From contig JBBIQV010000005.1 in assembly GCA_037442105.1 (NCBI GenBank), positions 1 to 64,000 on the forward strand: a stretch of DNA of 64,000 nt, read 5' to 3'. Made by a program: the position numbers and the translations under genes. Numbering within the stretch: position 1 is the first letter of the stretch; every line of letters begins with the position of its first letter. This DNA comes from Nitrospiraceae bacterium. Its GTDB lineage: Bacteria; Nitrospirota; Nitrospiria; Nitrospirales; Nitrospiraceae. The notes below the pieces were generated by a model. The model had not been told where the DNA came from. It did no database searches and was given only the letters and a program-made list of their open reading frames with translations. Positions 59,077 through 64,000 of the stretch are shown here, piece by piece.

Positions 59077-60018
59077 TCAGTGTTGAGCGTGTAGATGGTC
59101 GGCTAAGTGGGGGTGATCGGTCAACTGGTTCAAGTCGCAGTGGACTGCAACAGGGTGGCAGCCCTGCACTTCCATTTGAACGGTCACATGTTTGATCCCG
59201 AATTCGGATGCGACTCGCGCTCGAATGGTTTGGAGCAGCGCGTCCGTGAGGGCGTTGTCGTCTCCGTCCACCAGCACGTGACAGGTGAGCATGACGAGGC
59301 GAGGCTCAACGGCCCAGATATGAAGGTCGTGCACATTCCTGACGCCGGGGATCGATTCGATGGTTGCGGCGACGTGGGACGCGCTGATTCCGGGCGGCGT
59401 GGATTCCAGGAGTACCTCAAGTGATTCGCGGAAAAGCGGCCAGGCCCCTCGCACGATCGCGCCCACCACCAGCAAGCTGACCAGCGGGTCCAGCATGGTC
59501 CAGCCGGTCAACAGAATGAATCCGCCGCTGACGAAAACGCCGAGCGAGACCCAAGCATCGGATAGCATGTGCCAGAACGCGCTCTTGATATTAAGATCAT
59601 CCTTCGCTCCCCGCTGAAGCAACAGCGCGATACTGAGATTCGCGGTGAAACTCGCCAATGCGATGACCATGACCAAGCCGCCGGAGATCGGTACCGGATG
59701 GAGGAGCCGTTTGATGCTCACGAGACTGATGCCGACCGCGGTGAGGAGAAGCAGGAAAGAGTTGAGAAAGGCTGCCACAATCCCGGCCCGGTGGTAACCG
59801 AACGTGCGCGTTTCCGTCGCCGGTCGGGCGGTCAGAATATGGGCGTAGAGTGCAAGGAACAGAGAGCCTTGGTCGATGAGGTTGTGTCCGGCGTCGCTCA
59901 TCAGGCCGATACTGTCGATGAGGAGTCCGCCGATGAACTCAGCCAGGATGATTACGGCATTCAGCCCGAGCGCCATCCGCAATCGATCGCGCAGTTTACA
60001 GTAAGACGCGTTGTGCAT
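59077..60018 (-). CDS. Cation diffusion facilitator (CzcD/ZitB-like exporter)
   Basis: SDAGHNLID, TFGYHR, NIKSAFWHMLSD, VHDLHIW, HVTVQ and His-rich tail. Confidence 0.93.
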   Translation of the reverse strand: MHNASYCKLRDRLRMALGLNAVIILAEFIGGLLIDSIGLMSDAGHNLIDQGSLFLALYAHILTARPATETRTFGYHRAGIVAAFLNSFLLLLTAVGISLVSIKRLLHPVPISGGLVMVIALASFTANLSIALLLQRGAKDDLNIKSAFWHMLSDAWVSLGVFVSGGFILLTGWTMLDPLVSLLVVGAIVRGAWPLFRESLEVLLESTPPGISASHVAATIESIPGVRNVHDLHIWAVEPRLVMLTCHVLVDGDDNALTDALLQTIRARVASEFGIKHVTVQMEVQGCHPVAVHCDLNQLTDHPHLADHLHAQH

Positions 60019-60098
60019 GGGACTCAGTCTCGCATGGATCAGACACGGGAGCAAGCCGAGTTGTTGTGATGGACGGCGGCGAAGTCGCGTTTATGAGT

Positions 60099-61805
60099 TC
60101 ATGAATGGTCTGTCGAGAGGCGCTTCGCCAAGCGCTTTGCCAGGCGGACCATGGCCGGCGAGCGATCGGCGGGATCAAGGAGGACATTCAGCACGTACAT
60201 CTGGCCCGGATCAGCCAGCGCCGTCTTGATGGCGTCCACAAACTCGCCGTAGGTGGCGATGCGGCGGCTGACGCCGCCGCCCACGAGATCGCAGATTTTC
60301 TCGTATCGCCATTCATGGACGTCGTTGAACGGCCCTTCGAGAATCTCCCGCTCGGTCGAATAGCCACGATTGTTGAGGATGATCACGACCGGGCTCTGGC
60401 CGTAACGTACGCAGGTAGACAGTTCGGAACCGGTCATCTGGAACGCACCGTCGCCGACAAGCACGATCGGGCGAAGCGATGGAGCGGCGAAGCCCGCCCC
60501 AACGGCGGCCGGCACGGCGAATCCCATCGAGGTGTAATAGGCGGGAGACAGAAATTCGAAGCGTCCATGCACATGCAGGTCGGTCGCCGCAAACAACGAC
60601 TCGCCGACATCGGCGATCACGAGCGTTTTATCATCCAGTACACTGTCGAGGTGGCGGAACATGCTCTCGATCGTGATCGGGGTGTGAGCGGGAAGCGAGG
60701 GGATGGCTGAACGAGGCGCGGTGGGCAGCTCTCGTATTCCAAAAGAGGGTAGCGGCGCGGCGACCAGCGCACGGACGAAGTCCTCAAAACGGATGGAATC
60801 GTACCGATGATGCTTGATGGCAACCCGATCGGCGGTGACATGAATCGCGCGTCCCTCCGTCAGAAGCGGTGACTGGGTGTCGATATCCTCGACATCGGAG
60901 AGGATCGACCCAAGGATCAACAGGCAGTCAGATTCATTGACGAATCGCTGGACCTCCTCGCGAGCGACGAGGCCGCTATAGACGCCGATGTACAGCGGAT
61001 GCACCTCGCGGATGATGGATTTGCCTAAGAGGGTTGACGCGATGGGAATGTTGAGGCGTTCGACCAGCCGGATCAAATCGTCCTGGAGGCCAAAGCGGCC
61101 GATTTCCGCTCCCGCGAGGATCACTGGTCGCCTGGCGGCGGACAGCATGGCGCGGACCTCCGATATGGCTTCCGAAATCGCCGCCTGATCGCTGGGCTGG
61201 TCCTCCACACAGGATGAGCGGGAAGAGCGGTTGAGCCGGACATACACCATGTCGCGCGGGATTTCGATATAAATGGGGCGGCGGTATCGGAGCAGAGCCG
61301 CGAACGCGCGATCCATTTCCCGTTCCGCCGTATGCGCATCGTCCAATGTGACGGCGGCCACTGTCATTTTTTCAAAGACCTCCCGCTGCGTCGAAAAATG
61401 GCGCACCATGTGATGAAGGTAGGGATTTCTGGTGCATTCCGCTATTCCGGGAGAACCGGTCAACACGATGACCGGCGAACGTTCGGCATAGGCGCAAGCC
61501 ACGGCGTTGACGGTGTTGAGGCCTCCGACACAGTAAGTCACGCAGAGGGCACCGACTCCGTTGATTCGCGCATAGGCATCGGCCGCGAAGCCGGCGCAAT
61601 CTTCTCGGGAGGTCCCTACGAGCCGAATCGGTGAGGTCTCGAGTAGCTTATAGAGACTCAGCACATAGTCACCGGGAATTCCGAAGATGTGCCGCACTCC
61701 CAGTTTGTGCAGCCGATCGATTACGGCGGAACCGATGGTAAGGTCATTCGTCGTGTCGGGCATGATCTCATTCGTGATAGTGTGACGGATCGGGGTTGCA
61801 GACAT
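60099..61805 (-). CDS. ThDP-dependent 2-oxoacid decarboxylase (pyruvate/indolepyruvate decarboxylase family)
   Basis: FGIPGDY, AGFAADAYAR, YLHH, GDGAFQMT..LNNRGYSTE. Confidence 0.9.
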   Translation of the reverse strand: MSATPIRHTITNEIMPDTTNDLTIGSAVIDRLHKLGVRHIFGIPGDYVLSLYKLLETSPIRLVGTSREDCAGFAADAYARINGVGALCVTYCVGGLNTVNAVACAYAERSPVIVLTGSPGIAECTRNPYLHHMVRHFSTQREVFEKMTVAAVTLDDAHTAEREMDRAFAALLRYRRPIYIEIPRDMVYVRLNRSSRSSCVEDQPSDQAAISEAISEVRAMLSAARRPVILAGAEIGRFGLQDDLIRLVERLNIPIASTLLGKSIIREVHPLYIGVYSGLVAREEVQRFVNESDCLLILGSILSDVEDIDTQSPLLTEGRAIHVTADRVAIKHHRYDSIRFEDFVRALVAAPLPSFGIRELPTAPRSAIPSLPAHTPITIESMFRHLDSVLDDKTLVIADVGESLFAATDLHVHGRFEFLSPAYYTSMGFAVPAAVGAGFAAPSLRPIVLVGDGAFQMTGSELSTCVRYGQSPVVIILNNRGYSTEREILEGPFNDVHEWRYEKICDLVGGGVSRRIATYGEFVDAIKTALADPGQMYVLNVLLDPADRSPAMVRLAKRLAKRLSTDHS

Positions 61806-61983
61806 GGCCGCCTCTTTCGATGAAGCAAACCACAGGTCTATGCATACGTCAAGCTGCAGAGCTGTTCGATCCACAGATAACCGCAGGGGAGCGATTCGTA
61901 AATCGGTTCTTGCCGGATGGGTTTAAAGGGGGTCGAGGTGAATGGGCTTGACGCGGACGGCAGGGCGAATGGATAAGGCCCCC

Positions 61984-63180
61984 ATGACTCGGTGCAAGGA
62001 GGAGCCGACAGGTCGGGTTCGTCTCGCCCGTCCGCGTAGCGGCGCTGATTTCTCAAGCCATCTCTGGATTTACGCCGGACAGGTTGAGGGGGTTGCGGGG
62101 ACTTCCCAACCCGGCGATGTCGTCGATGTGTACACCCATGAGGGCAAGTTCTTTGCTCGGGGGCTCTTCAACCCGAGATCCAAGATTCAAGTGAGGATTT
62201 TGACGTTTCAGGAAGAACCGATCGATGACCGGTTCTGGTCCGCACGAGTGGATCGTTCTGTGGCCTTGCGCGCGCGGGTGGTAAGGGACACGGATGCTTA
62301 CCGTGTCGTCCACGGCGAGGCGGATTTGTTGCCCGGGCTCGTCGTGGACCGATACGCGGATGTGTTGGTCATGCAGGCCCTTGCGGCAGGGATGGATCGG
62401 CGGAGAGATTTCCTCGCAGATCTGTTGCTCAAAGCCACGGGGGCGGAACGGCTCTATCTTCGAAATGATCCGAAGAGCCGGACGCTGGAAGGGTTGCCGC
62501 TCGAACGGGCATTCCTCCGTGGAGGGGGGGAGACGACGGTTGAGATTTACGAGCATGGCGCAACTTTCCGGGTTGACTTCGAACGGGGGCAGAAAACCGG
62601 GTGGTTTTGCGATCAGCGAGACAACAGAATCGCGGCCGCCAGTTTTGCCAAGGATGCAGACGTGCTTGAGGTGTTCTGTCACACCGGCGCGTTTGGCATC
62701 CATGCTGCGCGCAACGGGGCCCGATCGGTCGAGGGCTATGATGTCAGCGCCGATGCGCTGGCTTTGGCCCGCGACCATGCGGCTATGAACGGGGTGGAGG
62801 GGCGGTGCACTTATCGGGAGAGCGATGCGTTCGACGCGTTGCAGCAACTTGATCGAGAGGGCCGGCGGTACGATCTAGTGATCCTCGATCCTCCCGCGTT
62901 CGCGCGCAGCCGACAAGCGGTAGCTCACGCCCTCGCTGGCTACAAGGATATCAACCTCCGAGCATTGCGGGTCTTGCGGCCTGATGGATTCCTCGTCACC
63001 TGCTCGTGTTCGCATCATGTGAGTGAGGACCAATTGTGGCAGGCCATCGTGGATGCCGCGCGCGATGCCCGTAAACAGCTTCGGTTGATTGAATCCCGGT
63101 CGCAGGGCCGTGATCATCCCGTGCTCGCTTCGATGCCTGAAACGCGTTATCTAAAATGTTTCATTCTGCAAGTCCTGTAA
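61984..63180 (+). CDS. rlmI: RlmI-like SAM-dependent rRNA methyltransferase with PUA domain
   Basis: HLWIY, HGEADLLPGLVVDRY, GQKTGWFCDQRDNR, FCHTGAF, LDPPAF, TCSCS and PETRYLK; start codon uncertain. Confidence 0.85.
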   Translation: MTRCKEEPTGRVRLARPRSGADFSSHLWIYAGQVEGVAGTSQPGDVVDVYTHEGKFFARGLFNPRSKIQVRILTFQEEPIDDRFWSARVDRSVALRARVVRDTDAYRVVHGEADLLPGLVVDRYADVLVMQALAAGMDRRRDFLADLLLKATGAERLYLRNDPKSRTLEGLPLERAFLRGGGETTVEIYEHGATFRVDFERGQKTGWFCDQRDNRIAAASFAKDADVLEVFCHTGAFGIHAARNGARSVEGYDVSADALALARDHAAMNGVEGRCTYRESDAFDALQQLDREGRRYDLVILDPPAFARSRQAVAHALAGYKDINLRALRVLRPDGFLVTCSCSHHVSEDQLWQAIVDAARDARKQLRLIESRSQGRDHPVLASMPETRYLKCFILQVL

Positions 63181-63185
63181 CGAGC

Positions 63186-64000
63186 GTGGCACCCTCCTCC
63201 GGCAGCGCACCGCCTGAAATCACTATCAAGGCACTGGTGCTCTCGATTATTCTCTCTGCGGTGCTTGCAGGGGCGAATGCCTACCTCGGTTTGTTTGCCG
63301 GCATGACGGTGTCGGCGTCAATCCCGGCGGCGGTGGTTTCGATGGCGGTCCTCCGTTGCTTTCGCCGCTCTAATATTCTCGAGAACAACATTGTGCAGAC
63401 TGCCGCATCGTCCGGGGAAGCGCTGGCCGCGGGGGTGATTTTCACTATCCCGGCGCTCCTGCTCATCGGGCACTGGCAGGCGTTCGACTACTGGCAGACG
63501 ACGCTTGTGTCCCTCGTCGGGGGACTACTGGGCGTTCTGTTCACCATTCCACTGCGCAGAGCCTTGATAGTGGGCGCGCAATTACGTTTCCCGGAAGGGG
63601 TTGCGACGGCAGAGGTGTTGAAGGTGGGGGCGACGAGCGGCGTCACCGCTGCCAAGGGCTTTCGAACCTTACTCGCCGCGGCCTGCTGGGGCGGGGGGAT
63701 GAAACTGTGCGAAAGCGGGCTGCGGTTGTGGAATGAATCGCTCGAAGGCGCTGTTCTGCTTGGGCGAACCGTGGTCTACGGAGGCGTCAACCTTTCTCCG
63801 GCATTGGTCGGGGTGGGGTTCATCGTCGGGCTGAATACTGCTGTCGTGGTGTTTCTCGGTGGAGTCATCGGCTGGTTGCTGCTCCTGCCTCTGTACGGGG
63901 CCATTATCGGGGTGCCGAACGATCTGAACGGTGTTGCGGCAGCCAAGGCAGTCTGGAGTCAACATATCCGGTATGTCGGTATCGGGGCCATGCTGGTCGG
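63186..64000 (+). CDS. OPT-family oligopeptide transporter, 5' part, runs off the window
   Basis: Manual translation from GTG 63186: PEITIKALVL..ANAYLGLFAGMTVSASIPAAVVSM..ILENNIVQTAASSGE..FTIPAL..FPEGVATAEVL; absent from the ORF track because it has no stop in the window. Confidence 0.88.
   Translation, partial: MAPSSGSAPPEITIKALVLSIILSAVLAGANAYLGLFAGMTVSASIPAAVVSMAVLRCFRRSNILENNIVQTAASSGEALAAGVIFTIPALLLIGHWQAFDYWQTTLVSLVGGLLGVLFTIPLRRALIVGAQLRFPEGVATAEVLKVGATSGVTAAKGFRTLLAAACWGGGMKLCESGLRLWNESLEGAVLLGRTVVYGGVNLSPALVGVGFIVGLNTAVVVFLGGVIGWLLLLPLYGAIIGVPNDLNGVAAAKAVWSQHIRYVGIGAMLV

Noticed and set aside
61806..61983. TPP riboswitch upstream of the ThDP decarboxylase
   Set aside because: Could not find the conserved CUGAGA and CUGAU core elements on the minus strand

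Overview
A GC-rich, gene-dense bacterial chromosomal window with no rRNA, tRNA or CRISPR array that I could see. The gene complement and the intergenic repeat style resemble Nitrospira/Nitrospirota; that assignment is recall and inference, not a search result. In order, the window holds: an acyl-CoA dehydrogenase facing etfA-etfB and an ETF:quinone oxidoreductase; a large FN3/NHL beta-propeller protein leading guaB-guaA-rluB-aspS; two paralogous lipoproteins and an HtrA-like protease; a ~13.6 kb Pil-Chp-like chemosensory cluster with unusual accessory genes (standalone haem-c protein, Thr-substituted pseudo-Hpt proteins, degenerate HD-GYP, ExeA-like ATPase, no cheR/cheB); lptF-lptG-fabF-acp-lpxD; a cold-shock protein, a TPR protein and a 2-hydroxyacid dehydrogenase; a fused FAD/Fe-S dehydrogenase with a dihaem cytochrome and a GG-less beta-grasp protein; an IS256 relic; ntrYX, truA, an amidase, an NYN protein and tatD; a metal-homeostasis locus; a ThDP decarboxylase, rlmI-like methyltransferase and a truncated OPT transporter. 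The most striking candidate system is the metal locus: a His-rich, probably leaderless upstream ORF ending in the ribosome-arrest motif RAPP, followed by an anti-Shine-Dalgarno element, a TonB-dependent receptor and a mini-TonB, facing a COG0523 GTPase and a CDF exporter. Three families of small non-coding repeats (heptamer hairpins, a conserved core inside variable stems, and a CTAG-flanked MITE) are dispersed through the intergenic spaces.
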